Below are positions 11,494-26,400 of a stretch of DNA of 64,000 bases, one piece after another. The stretch is from Squalus acanthias (Eukaryota), in assembly GCA_030390025.1 (NCBI GenBank), contig JASTWF010000033.1, positions 3,970,001 through 4,034,000 on the forward strand. Direction: 5' to 3'. Position 1 is the first letter of the stretch; each line of letters opens with the position of its first letter. The position numbers and the translations under genes were made by a program. The notes beneath the pieces were generated by a model that was not told the DNA's origin, made no database searches, and worked only from the letters and a program-made list of their open reading frames with translations.

Positions 11494-14400
11494 CGAGGGG
11501 CAGAACTGAGGGAGCGCTTCACTGTCGGAGGGGCCGTACTAAGAAAGCGCTGAAGAGTCAGAATGGCAGGACTGAGGGAACGCCGCACTGTCGCAAGAGC
11601 AGTACTGAGCGAGCGCTGCACTGTCGGAGTGTCCTTACGGATAGAATGCTGCACTCTCAGAGGGGCAGTACCGAGGGAGCGCCGCACTGTCAGAGGGGTG
11701 TTGCTGAGGGAACGCCGCAATGTCAGAGGGGCAGTACCGAGGGAACGCCGCACTGTTGGAGGGGCAGTGCTGATGGACCACTGCACTGTCGGACGGGCAG
11801 TACTGAGGAAACGCTGCAATGTCGGAGGGGCCGTATTGAGAATGCTCTGAAGAGTCAGAATGGCAAGACTGAGGAAACGCCGCACTGTCGCATGGGCAGT
11901 ACTGAGTGGGCGCTACACTGTTGCAGGGTACTTACTGATAGATCGCTGCACTCTCAGAGGTACAGTACCGAGGGAGCGCCGCACTGTCACAGGGGTGTTG
12001 CTGAGGGAACGCTGCACTGTGGGATTGGCAGTACAGAGGGAGCGCTGCACTGTCGGAGGGGCTGTACTGAGGGAGCGCTGCACTGTCGGAAGCTCCGTAC
12101 TGAGGGAGCGCTGCACTGTCGAAGGGACAGTACTGAGGGAGTGCCGCACTGTGGGAGGGGATGTACTGAGGGAGCGCCGCACTATCGGAGGGGCGGTTCT
12201 GAGGGGATGCCGCACTGTCGGAGTGGCAGTACTGATAGAGCGCTGCACATTTGGATTAGTAGTATTGAGCAAGCGATGAACTGTCGGAGGAGCAGCACTG
12301 AGGGAGTGCCGCACTGTGGGAGGGGCATTACTGAGAAATCGCTGTACTGTCGGAGGGGCTGTACTGAGGGAGCGCTGCACTATTGGATTGACATCACTGA
12401 GAGAGCGCTGCTCTGTCAGAAGGACAGGACTGAGGGAGCGCGGCACTTTCGAAGGGGCAGTACTGAGGGAGTACCGCACGGTTTAAGGGCAAGTATTGAG
12501 GGACCACCGCATTGTCGGAAGGGCGGTACTGATGGAACGCGGCACTGTGGGAGGGGCTGTACTGAGGTAATGCTGCACCGTCGGAGGGGCGGTACTGAGG
12601 GAAGACTGCACGAACAGAGGGGCAGTAATGAGGGTGCGCTGCAGTGTCAGGGGTTCAGTACTGAGGGAGCGCTGCACTGTCGGGGGCTCAGTAATGAGGG
12701 AGCGCTGAACTGTCGGAGGGACAGTACTTATGGGACGCTGCACTGTCTGAGTGGACAGTACAGAGGGAGCGCTGCACTGTCCTAGGGACAGCACTGAGAG
12801 AGCTCTGCACTGTCGGAGAGAGAGTAATGAGGGAGCGCCGCACCCAGCCAGACGGACAGTATTACGGGAGCGATGTACTGTCCGATTGCCAGGAAAGAGT
12901 GAGCGCCGCTCTGCCGGAGGGGCAGCACTGAGGGAGCGCTGCAATGTCCGATTGGCAGTACTGAGGAAGTGCTGCACTGTCAGATGGGCTGCACTGAGGG
13001 AGTGCGGCACTGTCGGTGGGGATGTAGTGAGGGATCGCTACACTGTTGGAGGGAGCGCTGCAATGCCGGAGGGACAGTAATCTGGGAAAACTGCATTGTC
13101 GGATTGCCAGTAATGAGGGTGCACCGCTCTGTTGGACGGGCAGGATTGAGGGAGCGTTGCAATGTCGTAGGGGCTGGAATGAGGGAGCGCGGCACTATCG
13201 GTGGGTTAGTACTGAGGGAGTGCTGCATTGTTGCAGGGTCCACACAGAGGGAGCACTGCATTGTCGGAGGGGCTGTACAGAGGAAGTGCCGCACTTACGG
13301 CAGGGAAGTACTGAGGGAATCCCACACGTTTGGAGTGGCAGTATTGAGGGAGCGCTGCACTGTTAGAGTGGCAGGACTGTGGGAGCGCGAAGCACTGTCG
13401 GAGTCGCGGTATTAATGGATTGCCTCTTGGTCAGAGGTGCAGTACTGAGGGAGCACTGCATTGTCTGAGTGGACATTACTGAGGGAGCGCTGCACTGTCG
13501 TAGGGGCAGTGCTGAGTGAGTGCTGCACTGTTGGACGGAGAGTTTTGCGGGAGCAACTTACAGCTGGAGGTACATTACCGACAGAGCGCTGCACTTTCGG
13601 ATGGGCAGGACAGAGGGAGCGCTGCACTGTTGGAGGTGTGGTACAGAGGGATCGCTGCACTGTCGGAGGCGAATTACTGACGGAATGCCGCACTGAGGGA
13701 CGTTCTGTACTGAGGGAATGCTGCACTGTCGGAGGGGAAGTACTGAGGGAGTGACGCACTCTCGGAGGGGCAGTACTGAGGGAGCGCTGCATTGTCGGAT
13801 GGGCGGTACTGAGGGAGTGCGGCCAAGTCAGAGGGGCAGCACTGAGGGAGCGCTGAACTGTCAGAGGTGAAGTTCTGAGGGAGTGCTGCTATGTCGGAGT
13901 GTCAGTATTGAAGGAGCGCCTGATTATCAGAGGGGAAGTAATGAGGCATCAAAGCATTGTCGGAGTGGACAGTACTGAGTGAGTGCTGCACTGTCGGATT
14001 AGCAGTACTGGAAAGAGCTGCACTGTCAGAGGGGCAGGAATGAAGGAGGGCGTCATTGTCGGAGGCGCAGTACTGAGGGAGTGCCGCACAGTCGGAGGGG
14101 CAGTATTGAGGCAACGCCGCACTTTCGGAGCGGTAGTACCTGTCGGTGGGGCAGTACTGAGCAAGAGCTGCACTGTCAAGGGTGTGTACTGAGGGAGCAT
14201 TGCACTGTCGGAGGGGCGTTACTGAGGGAACGCGGCACTGTTGGAGGGTCAGTACTGAGGGAGCATTGCACTGTCGGAGGGTCAGTACTGAGGGAGCGCT
14301 GCACTTCGGAGGGGTAATAGGGATGGAGCGCCTCATTGTCAGAGGGCAGTACAGAGTGAGCACTGCACTATCGGATTGACAGTACTGAGGATGCGCTACA

Positions 14401-17400
14401 CTCTCAGAGGGGCAGGACTGACGGAGCGCGGCACTGTCAGTGGGGCAGTACTGAGGGAGTGCCGCACTTTCGGAGGGGCAGTACTGAGGGAGCGCTGCCC
14501 TGTCTGAGGGACAGTATTGATGAAGTGCCTCATTTTCAGAGGGGCACTACTGAGGTAGCGTTGCACTTTTGGAGGGGCAGTACTGAGAGATCGCTGAACT
14601 GTCGGAGGGAGAGTACAGAGGGAGCATCGCACAGCCTGAGGGACATTACCGACGGAGCACTGAACTGTCAGAGGTGCAGTACTGACGGAGCGCCGCGCTG
14701 TTGGAGGGGCAACACAGAGGGAGCGCGGCACCTTCTGTGGTGCAGTAATGAGGGAGCGCGGCACTGTCGGAGGGTCTGTACTGAGGGAGTGCTGCACTGA
14801 CAGAAGGGCAATATTCAGTGAGAGTGTCACTGTCGGAGGGGCAGTAATGCGGAAGAGTGCAGCACTGTCAGAGAAGCAGTACTGAGGGAGAGCAGCACTG
14901 TCGTAGCGGAAATTCTGAGGGAACACCGCACTGTCGGATTGGCAGAACTGAGGAAGCACTGCATTGACAGAGGGACAGGACTGAGTGTGCGGGGCACTGT
15001 CGGTGGGGCAGTACTGATGGAGCACTGCACTGTTAAGAGTGTCCGTACTGAGGGAGCGTTACACTGTCGGAGCGGCAGTACTGAGGGAGTGCCGCAATGT
15101 TGGAGGGGCAGTATTTAGGGAAAGCTGCACCGTCGGTTGTGCGTTACTCAGGGAGCGCTGCACTGACGGAGGGACAGTATTGATGGAGCGCCTCCTTGTC
15201 AGAGGTGCAGTATTGAGGGAGCAATGCACAGTCGGATTGGCAGTACTGAGGTAGGGCTGCACTCTCACAGGGGCAGGACTGAGGGAACGCGGCACTGTCG
15301 GTGTGGCAGTACTGAGGGGGAACTGCACTGTTGAAGGGGCAGTACTGAGATAGCGCTGCATTGTCGGATGAGTAGTACTGAGGGATCGTTGCACTGTCAA
15401 AGTGGCTGTATTGAGTGAGCGCTGAACTGTCGGAGTGACAGTACTGAGGGATCACTGTACTGTCGGATTAGATTTACTGTTGGAGCGCCGCACAGCCAGA
15501 GGAGCAGTACTGAGCGACTGCCGCACTTTCGGAGGGACAATACTGAGGGAACGCCATACTGTCGGATTGGCAGTACTGAGGAAGCGCTGCACTGTCAGAG
15601 GGACAGGACTGAGGGAGCGTTGACCTGTCGTTGGAGGAGTCTGGAGGGATCCGCACAGTTGGAGGAGCAGTTTTGTTGAAGCACCTCATTGTCAGAGGGG
15701 CAGTACTGTGGGAGAACTGCACTGTCGGATGGTCAGCTTTGAGATAGCGCTGCAGTATCGGAGAGCAGTACTGAGGGATCGCTGCACAGTAGGAAGGAGA
15801 GTACTGTCCGAGCGCTGCACTAAATGCGTAGACAGTACAGAGGGAGAGCTGCACTGTCGGATGTGCTTTACTGATGGAGCGCCGCAATGCCACGGGGCAG
15901 TACTGAGGGGACGCTGCACTGTCGGAGTGGCGGTAGTGAGGTAGTGCTGCACTGTATGAGGGGCAGTACTGAGGGAGCGCTGCCCTGTCGGAGGGGCAGT
16001 AATGAGGGAGGGCTGCACTGTCTGAGTGGCCTGTATTGATGGAGCGCCTCATGGTCAGAGGGGCAGTACTGAGGGAGAACTGCACTGTAGGAGTGGCAGT
16101 ACTGAGGGAGCGCTGCACTGTCGGAGGGTCGGTACTGAGGGTGCGCTGCACTGTCTGAGGGGCTGTATTGAAGGAGCGCCTCATGGTCAGAGGGGCAGTA
16201 CTGAGGGAGCACTGCACTGTTTGTGTGGCGCTACTGAGGGAGCACTGCACTTTCGGAGTGGCTGTACTGAGTGAGCGCTGAACTGTCGGAAGGACAGTAC
16301 TGAGGGAGCATTGTACTATCGTATTAGTTTTACTCATGGAGCGCCGCACAGCCAGAGGAACAGTACTGAGGGAGTGCCGCACTTTCGGAGAGGCAATACT
16401 GAGGGAACGCCATACTGTCGGATTGGCAGTACTGAGGAAGCGCTGCACTGTCAGAGGGACAGGACTGAGGGAGCGTTGCACTCTAAGAGTGTCCGTACTG
16501 AGGGAGCGTTGACCCGTCGTTGCAGGAGTACTGAGGGATCCCGCATTGTCGGAGGAGCAGTATTGAGGAAGCACCTCATTGTCAGAGTGGCAGTACTGTG
16601 GAGAACTGCACTGTCGGATGGGCAGTATTGAGGTCGCGCTGCAGTATCGGAGAGCAGTACTGAGGGATCGCTGCACTGTAGGAAGGGGAGTACTGTACAA
16701 GCGCTGCACTAAATGCGTAGACAGTACAGAGGGAGAGCTGCACTGTCGGATGTGCTTTACTGATGGAGCGCCGCAATGTCAAGGTGCAGTACTGAGGGGA
16801 CGCTGCACTGTCGGAGTGGCGGTAGTGATGTAGCGCTGCACTGTAGGATTGGCAGTACTGAGGGAGCGCTGCACTGCCTGAGGGGCCTGTATTGATGGAG
16901 CGTCTCATGGTCAGAGGGGCAGTACTGAGGGAGCACTGCACTGTAGGAGTGGCAGTACTGAGTGAGCGCTGCACTGTAGGAGGGGCATTACTAAGGGAGC
17001 GCTGCACTTTCGGAGAGTCGGTACTGAGGGAGCGCTGCACTGTCTGAGGGGCTGTATTGAAGGAGCGCCTCATGGTCAGAGGGGCGTAACTGAGGGAGCA
17101 CTGCACTGTTGGTGTGGCTCTACTGAGGGAGCGCTGCACTGTCGGGGGGAGAGTACTGAGGCAGCACCGCACAGCCGGAGTGACATTACCGACGGAGCTC
17201 TGCACTGTCGGAGGGGCAGGTCTGATGGAGCGCTGCACTGTCGAAGGGGCAGTACTGAGGGATTGCTGCACTGTCGTCTGAGCAGTACGGAGGGAGCACT
17301 GAACTGTCAGAGGTGCGGAACTAATTGAGCGCTACAATGTCGGAGGGTCAGTATTGAGTGAGCGCCTCATTGTCAGAGGGGAAGTAATGAGGCAGCACTG

Positions 17401-20400
17401 CACTTTCGGAATGGACATTACTGAGTGAGTACCGAAATGTCGGAGGGACAGTATTGAGGGAACGCCGCACTGTCGGAGGGGTAGTACTGCGGGAGCGTTG
17501 AACTGTCGAATTGGCAGTACTGAGGAAGCGCTGCACATCTAGAGGGGCAGGACTGAGGGAGCGCGTCACTGTCGGTGTGGCAATAGTGAGGGATCCCTGG
17601 ACTGTCGGAGGGTCCGTACTGAGGGAGCGTTGCACTGTCGTTGGAGCAGTACTGAGGGATTCCGCACTGTTGGAAGGGCAGTACTGAGGGAGCAATGCAC
17701 TGTCGGAGGGACGGTACTGAGAGAACACCGCAATGTCGGACGGACTGGCAGTACTGAGGCAACGCTGCATCGTCGGATGATCGATACTGAGGGAGCGCTG
17801 CTCTATCAGATATTCAGTACTGAGGGAGCGCTATCTTTCAGAGAGTCAATACTGAGGGAGCGCTGCTCTGTCGGAATGTTAGTATTGATGGAGTGCCTCA
17901 TTGTCAGAGTGGCAGTACTGAGGGAGCAATGCACTGTGGGATTGGCAATAGTGAGGAAGCGCTGCACTCTCAGAGGGGCAGGACTGAGGGAGCAAAGCAC
18001 TGTCAAATTGGCAATAGTGAGGAAGCGCTGCACTCTCAGAGGGGCAGGACTGAGGGAGCGTGGCACTGTCGGTGTGGCAATACTGAGGGAGCACTGCACT
18101 GTCGGAGGAACTTTACTGAGGAAGAAGAGAACTGACGGAGGGGCAGTACTGAGGGTGCGCTGCACTGTCGAATGGGCATTACAGAACGAGAGCCGCAAAG
18201 CCGGAGGAACAGTACTGAGGGAGCTCTTCACTGTCGGAGGGGCAGTACTGAGACAGCGCTGCACTGTCGGATTACCAGTAATGAGGAAGCGCTGTGCACC
18301 CAGAAGTGCAGGACTGAGGGTGCTTGGCACTTTCTGTGGGGCTGTACTGAGGGAGTGCAGCTCTGTCGGAGGGGCATTACTGTGGTAGCGCTGCAGTGTC
18401 AGATGGGTATTACTGAGGGATCGCTGAACTGTCAGATTGGCTGTAATGAGGGAACGTTGCACTGTCGGAGGGGCAGTACTGAGATAGCTCTGCACTGTGG
18501 GAGGGGCAGTATTGAGAGAGCGCTGCATTTTCGGATGGGCAGGACTGAGGGAATGCTGCTCTGTCGGAGGGGAAGTACTGAGGGAGTATCACACTCTCGG
18601 AGGGGCAGTACTGAAGGAGAGCAGCATTGTCTGAGGGGCGGTACAGTTTGAACGCTGCACTGTCGGAGGGGAATTACTGAGGGGGCGCGTAACTGTCGGA
18701 GGGGAATTATTGAGGGAGTGCCGCACTGAGGGACATTCCGTGCTGAGGGAATGCTGCACTGTTGGAATTGGAAGTACTGAGGGAGTGCCCCCTCTTGGAG
18801 GGTCTGTACTGAGGGAAGGCCGCATTGTCGTAGGGGCAGTACTGAGGGATCGCTTAATTGTCAGAGGTGCAGTACTGAGGGAGTGCTGCAATCTCGGAGG
18901 GACAACATTGAGGGAGCGCCTCATAGTCAGAGGGGAAGTAATGAGGCATCACTGCACTATCAGAGTGGACAGTACTGAGTGAGTGCTGCACTGTCGGATT
19001 GGCAGTACTGGAAAGAGCTGCACTCTCAGAGGGGCAGGAATGAAGGAGGACGGCGTTATCGGAGGAGCAGTAATAAGGGAGTGCTGCAACTGTCGGAGTG
19101 GCAGTATTGAAGCAAAGCTGCAGTTTCGGAGGTGTAGTACTGACGGAGCGCTGCACTCTTGGATTGGCAGTACTGAGGAAGCACTGCACTTGCAGATGGC
19201 AGGAGTGAGGGAGCGCGTCCCTGTCGGTGGGGCCGTACTGAGCATGAGCTGCACTGTCAGAGGGTCTGCACTGAGAGAGCACTGCACTGTCGGAGATTTC
19301 ATACTGAGGGAGCATTGCACTTTCGGAGGGGCAGTACTAAGGGTTGTCGCACTGTTGAAAGGGCAGTACTGAGGGAGCGCTGCAATGTCGGAGGGGCAGT
19401 ACTGATGAAACTCCGCACTGTCGGAGGGGGAGTACTGCGGGAGTGCTGCACTGTCGCAGGGGCAATATTGAGGCAAAGATGCACTTTCGGAGGGTTTGTA
19501 CTGACAGAGCTTTGCACTCTCGGATTGGCAGAACTGAGGAAGCGCTGCACTTGCAGAGGGCAGGAGTGAGGGAGTGCGTCCCTGTCGGAGTGTCCGTACT
19601 GAGTGGTAATTGCACTGTCGGAGGAGCAGTAATGAGGCAGCGCTGCACTTTCGGAATGCCGTTACTGAGGGATCGCCGCACTGTCGGAGAGGTGGTACTG
19701 AGGGAGCGGGGCACTGTGGGAGGGTTGGTACTGAGGCTCCACCGCACTGTCGGAGCGTCAGTACTGAGGAAGCGCTGCACTTTCGGTGCTGCAGTACTGA
19801 GGGAGCGCGTCACTGTCGGCGGGTCTGTACTGATGGAGCGCTGCACTGCCGGAGGGGCGGTAGAGAGGCAAACGGCGCACTGTCGGAGGTGCAGTACTGA
19901 GGGAGAGCCGCACACCCAGAGACACAGTACTGAGGGAGCGCTGCACTGTCGGATTGCCAGTAATGAGGGTGAGCCACAGTCGGAGGGGCAGGAGTGAGGG
20001 AGATCTGCAACGTCGGACTGGCAGTACTGAGGAAGTGCTGAACTGTCAGAGGGGCAGGACTGAGGGAGCGCGGCATTGTCGGTGAGGCAGTACTGAGGGA
20101 CTGCCGCACTGTAGGAGGCGCAGTACGGGTGAAGCGCCGCTCTGTCGGAGGGGCAGCACTGAGGGAGTGCTGCATTGTCGGATTGGCAGTACTGTAAAGC
20201 GCTGCACACCCAGATGCAGGACTGGGTGAGCGTGGCAGTACAATGATAGCGCTGCAGTGTCGGATGGGAATTACTGAGGGGTCGCAGAACTGTTAGATTG
20301 GCTGTACTGAGAGAGCGCTGCCCTGTCGGATGGAGAGTACTGAGGGAGAGCGGCACAGCTGGAGGTACATTACCGACGGTGCGCTGCAATGTCGGATGTG

Positions 20401-23400
20401 CTGGACTGAGCAAGCACTGCAGTGTTGGAGGGGCGGCACAGAGGGAATGCAGCACTATCGGAGAGGAATTACTGAGGGAGTGCCGCACTCTCGGATGCGC
20501 AGTACTGAGGGAGTGCTGCCCTGACGTAGGGGCAGTACTGAAGGAGTGCTGCAATGTCGGAGGGTCAGTATTGAGGGAGCGCCTCATTGTCAGAGAGGAA
20601 GTAATGAGGCATCACTGCACTGTCGGTGTGGATAGTACTAAGTGAGTGCTGCAATGTCGGATTGGCAGTACAGGAAAGAGCTGCACTGTCAGAGGGGCAG
20701 GAATGCAGGAGGCCGACATTGACGGAGGAGCAGAATTGAGGGAGTGCTGCACTGTCGGAGGGGCAGTATTGAGGCAAAGATGCACTTTCGGAGGGGCAGA
20801 GGAACGCTGCTCTCTCGGATTGACCGAACTGAGGGAGTGCTGGACTTGCAGGAGGAAGAAGTGAGGGAGCGCCTACCTGTCGGTGGGGCAGTACTGAGCA
20901 AGAGCTGCACTGTCAGAGGGTCTGTACTGAGAGAGCAATGCACTGTCGGAGAGTTCATACTGAGGGAGCATTGTACTTTCGGAGGGGCAGAACTAAGGGA
21001 TGCCGCGCTGTTGAAAGGGCAGTACTGAGGGAGCGCTGCATTGTCGGAAGAGCGTTACTGAGGGGACGCCGCACGTTCGGAGGGGCAGTACTGAGAGAGC
21101 TCTGCACCGTGGGAGGGGCAGCACTGAGGGAGCGTTGCACTGTCGGATTGGCAGTACTGAGAAAGCACTGCACTTGCAGAGGGCAGGAGTGAGGGAGCGC
21201 GTCCCTGTCGGTGGGGTCGTACTGAGCAAGAGCTGCACTGTCAGAGGGTCTGCACTGATAGAGCACTGCGCTGTCGGAGGGTCCGTACTGAGGGAGCATT
21301 GCACTGTCGGAGTGGCAGTACTGAGGGAGCGCTGCACTTTTGGAATGCCGTTACTGAGGGAACGCTACACTGTAGGAGGGGCGGTACTGAGGGAGCGCTG
21401 CACAATCGGATAGGTAGTACTGAGGGAGTGCCTCACTGTTGGAGAAGCAGTACTGAGGGAGGGGGACACTGGGAGGGGTGGTACTGAGAGTGCACCGCAT
21501 TGTCGGAGGGTCAGTACTGAGGAAGCGCTGCACTTTCGGTGCTGCAGTAATGAGGGGGCGCATCACTGTCGGAGGGTCTGTACTGTTGGATCGCTGCACT
21601 GACGGAGGGGCGGTACTGAGGCAAACGCCGCACTGTCGGAGGTGCAGTACTGAGGGAGAGCCGCACACCCAGAGACACAGTACTGAGGGAGCGCTGCAAT
21701 GTCGGAGGGGCAGGACTAAGGGCGCTCTGCACCGTCGGCGGGGCGGTACTGAGGAAGTGCTGCACTATCGGAGGGATAGTATTGATGGAGCGCCTCATTG
21801 TCCGAGGGTGAGTACTGAGAGAGATCTGCACCATCGGAGGGGCAGTACTGAGGGAGCGCTGCAATGCCTGAGTGGCAGAATTGATGGAGTGCCTCATTGT
21901 CAGAGGGGCGCTACTGAGGGAGCACTGTACTTTTGGAAGGGCATGACTGAGAGAGCGCTGCACTGTCGGAGGGAGAGTACAGAGGGAGAACCGCACAGCT
22001 GGAGGGACATTACCGTCGGATCACTGCACTCTCGGAGGTGCAGTACTGACGGAGCACCGCTCTGTTTGAGTGGCAACACTGAGGGAGCACGGCACTGTCG
22101 GAGGGGCAGTACTGAGTTGGCGCTGTACTGTTGGATTGTCAGTACTGAGGAAGTGCTGCACTCTTAGAGGAGCAGGACTGACAGAGCGCGGCACTGTCGG
22201 TGGGGCAGTACTAAGGGAGCGCTTCACTGTCGAAGAGGCAGTACTGAGTGAGTGCCTCACTTCTGGAGAGGCAGTAATGAGGGAGCGGGGCACTGTGTGA
22301 GGGGCAGTACTGAGGGATCACTAAACTTTCGATGGGGTGGTACTGAGGGACAACCGCACTATCGGATTGGCAGTACTGAGGAAGCGCTGCACTTTCGATG
22401 GTACAGTAATGAGGTAGCGCGTCACTATTGGAGGGTCCGTACTGATGGAGCGCTGCACTGACGGAGTGTCAGTATTGAGGGAGTGCCGCACTGTTGGAGG
22501 GTCAGTACTGAGGGAGCGCCGCTCTGGCGGATGGGTGGTACTGAGGCAAACACCGCACTGTCGGAGGGGCAGAAATGAGGGAGAGCTGCACAGCTGGTGA
22601 CACAGTACTGAGGGAGCGCTGCACTGTCGGATTGCCTGTAATGAGGGTGCGCCACAGTCAGAGGAGCAGGACTGAGGGAGCTCTGCAACGTCGGACAGGC
22701 AGTACTGAGGAAGTGCTGAACAGTCAGAGGTGTAGGACTGAGGGAGCGCTGCATTGTCAGTGAGGCAGTACTGAGGGACTGCCGCACTGTAGGAGTTGCA
22801 GTACGGGTGAGGCGACGCTCCGTCAGAGGGGCAGCACTGAGGACACCCAGATGCAGGACTGAAAGAGCATGGCACATTCTGTGGGGCCGTACTGAGGGAG
22901 CGCTGCACTGTTGGGGGGGCGGCACAGAGGGAACGCTGCACTGTCGGAGGGGATTTAATGAGGAAGTGCCGGACTCTCGGAGGGGAAGTACTGAGGGAGC
23001 GCAGCATTGTCGCAGGGGCGGTACGGCGGGAGTGCTGCAATGTCGGAGGGGCAGAACTGAGGAAGCGCTGCATTTGCAGAGGGGAAGTAATGAAGCATTA
23101 CTGCACTGTCGGAGTGGACAGTACTAAATGAGTGCTGCACTGTCGGATTGGCAGTACTGGAAAGAGCTGCACTGTCAGAGGGGCAGGAATGATGGAGAGC
23201 GGAATTGTCGGAGGAGCAGTAATGAGGGGGTGCTGCACTGTCGGAGGGGGAGTATTGAGGCAAATATGCACTTTCGGAGGGGTAATACTGATGGAGAGTT
23301 GCACTCTCGGATTGGCAGAACTGAGGAAGCGCTGCAATCGCAGAGGGCAGGAGTGAGGGAGCGCGTCACTTTTGGTGGGGCAGTACTGTGCAAGAGCTGC

Positions 23401-26400
23401 AGTGTCAGAGGGTCTGCACTGAGCGAGCCCGGCATTGTAGGAGTATCCGTACTGAGGGAGCATTGCACTTTCGGAGGGGTTGTACTGAGGGATGCCGAGC
23501 TGTTGGAAAAGCAGCACTGAGTGAGCGCTGCACTGTCGGAAGGGCGTTACTGTGGGAGCGCTGCAATGTCAGAGGGGCAGTACTGAGGGAACGCTGCACC
23601 GTCGGTGGGGCGGTACTGTAAGAGAGCGCTTAAATGTCAGAGGGGTACTATTGATGGAGCGCCACATTATCAGAGGGTGAGTACTGAGGGAGCGCTGCAG
23701 TATCGGTTTGGCAGTACTGAGGAAGCGCTGCAATCTCAGAGGGGCAGGACAGACGGAGCGCGGCACTTTCAGTGGGGCAGTACTGAGGGAGTTCTGCACT
23801 GTCGGAGGGGCATTACTGAGAGAGCGCTGCACAGTCGGAGGGAGAGTACAGAGGGATCACCGCACAGCCTGAGGGACATTACCGTCGGAGCACTGCACTG
23901 TCGGAGGTGCAGCACTGAGGGAGCGCAGCTCTGTTGGAGGGGCAACACTGAGGGAGCGCCGCACTGTCGGAGGGGCAGTACTGAGGGGGCGCTGCACTAT
24001 CGAAGGGCAATATTGAGGTAGGGCTGCACTGTCAGATTTGCTGTACTTGGTGAGCACTGCTACTGTCGGACGTGCAGTATTGGTTAAGCGTCTCATTATC
24101 AGAGGGGCAGGACTGAGGGAGCGCATCACTGTCGCTGGCGCAGTACTGAGGTAGAGGTGCACTGTCGGAGGGCCTGCTTTGTGGGTGCGCTGCACTATTG
24201 GAGGGGCGGGGCTGAGGGAACTCCACACGCAAGGAGGGGCAGAACTGAGGGAGCGCGGCAATGTCAGTTTGGCAGTACTGAGGGAGCCATGCTCTGTCGG
24301 AGGTTTCATACGAAGGGAGCGTTGCACTGTCGTTGCAGCAGTACTGAGGAATGCCGCACTGTTGGAAGGGCAGTACTGAGGGAGCGCTGCACTGTCGGAG
24401 GGGCGGTACAGAGGGAACGCCGCAGTGTCGGAGTGGCAGCACTGAGAGAGCAATGCACTGTCGGATTGGCAGTACTGAGGAAGCTCTGCACTCTCAGAGG
24501 GGCAGGACTGAGGGAGCGCGGGACTGTCGATGTTGCAGTACTGAGGGAGCGCTGCACTGTCGGAGGCTCTGTACTGAGGGAGAGCTGCACTGACGGAGGG
24601 GCAGTACCTGGGGAATGCCGCACTGTTGGAGGGGAAGTACTGAGGGAGCGCCGCACTGGAAGAGTGGCGTACTGAGGCAACGCCGCACTGTCGGAGGTGC
24701 TGTACTGAGAGAGCGCTGCACTGTCGGATTGCCAGTAATGAGGATGCGCCACAGTTGGAGTGGCAGGACTGAGTGAGCTCTGCAATGTCGGACTGGAAGT
24801 ACTAAAATGAGAAGTCACACAACACCAGGTTATAGTCCAACAGATTTATTTAAAATTACAAGCTTTTGGAGCTGTCGCCCCTTCCTCAGGTAGATTTACT
24901 GTGAGTACTAAGGATGTGCTGAAATGTCAGAGGGGCAGGACTGAGGGAGCGCGGCACCGTCGGTGGGGCCGTACTGAGGGACTGCCGCACTGTCGGAATG
25001 GAACAGTACGGGTGAAGCGCCGCACAGTTGCAGGAGCAGTACTAAGGGATCGCCGCACTGTGGGAGGGAAGTTACTGAGGGAATACCGCACTTTCGGAGG
25101 GGCAGTAATGAGGGAGCCCTGCTTTATTGAAGTGGCAGTACTGACGGAGCGCTGCACTGTGTGAGTGGACAGTACAGAGGGAGTGCTGCACTTTTGGAGG
25201 GGCCATAAGAGAGAGGGCTGCACTGTCAGAGGGAGAGGGCAGAGGGATCACCACACAGCCGGAGGGACATTACCGACGGAGCACTGCAGTATTGGAGGCA
25301 CAGTACTGAGGGAGCGCCGCTCTGTCGGAGGGGCAGTATTGAGGGAGCGTCGGACTGTCGGAGGGGCAGTACTGAGGGACCGCTGCACTGTCGGTTGGCA
25401 GTACTGAGGAAGCGCTGCACTCTCAGAGGGGCAGGACTGAGGGAGCGCGGTGCTGTCGCCGGGTCTGTACTGAGGGAGGGCTGCACTGACGTTGAGGCAA
25501 TACTGAGGGAGTGCCGCTCCTTCGGTGGGTCGGTATTGAGGGAGCGCTGCTCTTTTGGAGGGTCAGTACTGAGGCAGCACTGCTCTGTCGGAGGGGCAGT
25601 ATTGATGAAGTGCCTCATTGTCAGAGGGGCAGTACTGACGGAGAAATGCACTTTCCGATGGGCAATAATGAGGTAGCGCTGCAGTATCGGAGAGACAGTA
25701 CTGAGGGAGTGCTGCACTTGCCGAGGGGCAGTACTGAAGGAGCGCTGCACTGCCGGAGGGCCAGTATAGAGGGAGCGCCGCACTGTCGGAGGGGTGGTAT
25801 TGAGGGAACGCTGCACTGTCGGAGTGGCGGTACTGTGGGAGCGCTGCCCTGTCGGAGGGGCAGTATTGATGGAGCACTGCACTGCTGGAGTGGCTGGACT
25901 GACGGAGCACTGCATTGTCTGAGTGGTAGTACTAAGGGAGTGGTGCACTCTCGGAGGGAGAGTACTGAGGGAGCACCGCACAGCCAGAAGGACATTACTG
26001 ATGGAGTGCAGCACTGTCGGAGTGGTAGGACTGAGGAAGCATTGCACTGTGGGAGGTTCCGTACTGAGGGAACGCTGCACCGTCGGAGAGGCGGCACTGA
26101 GGGAGCGCTGCACATTCTGAGGGGCAGTATTGATGGAGTGCTGCAATGTCGGAGGGGAAGTACCCTCAGCGCTACACTGACAGTTTGGCATTACTGTCGG
26201 AGCACTGTACTCTCGGAGGCGCAGTGCTGAGGGACCGCTGCACTGTCAGATGGTCATTACTAAGGGAGTGCTGCACTGTCAGAGGGGCAGCACTGAGAGA
26301 GCGCTGCACTGTCAATGTGGCTGTACCGAGGGAGCGCTGTCCTCTTGGAGGCGGAGTGCTGAGGAAGTGCTGAACTGTCTTAGGGCAGTACTGAGGGAGC

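Noticed and set aside
11475..12785. 436-aa His/Cys-rich repeat ORF (TEGALHCRRGS)n and the many other ORFs in 11.5-27.3 kb
   Set aside because: A 33-bp unit is 11 codons with stop-free frames on both strands. The ORFs switch frame at indels and show no sign of coding constraint.
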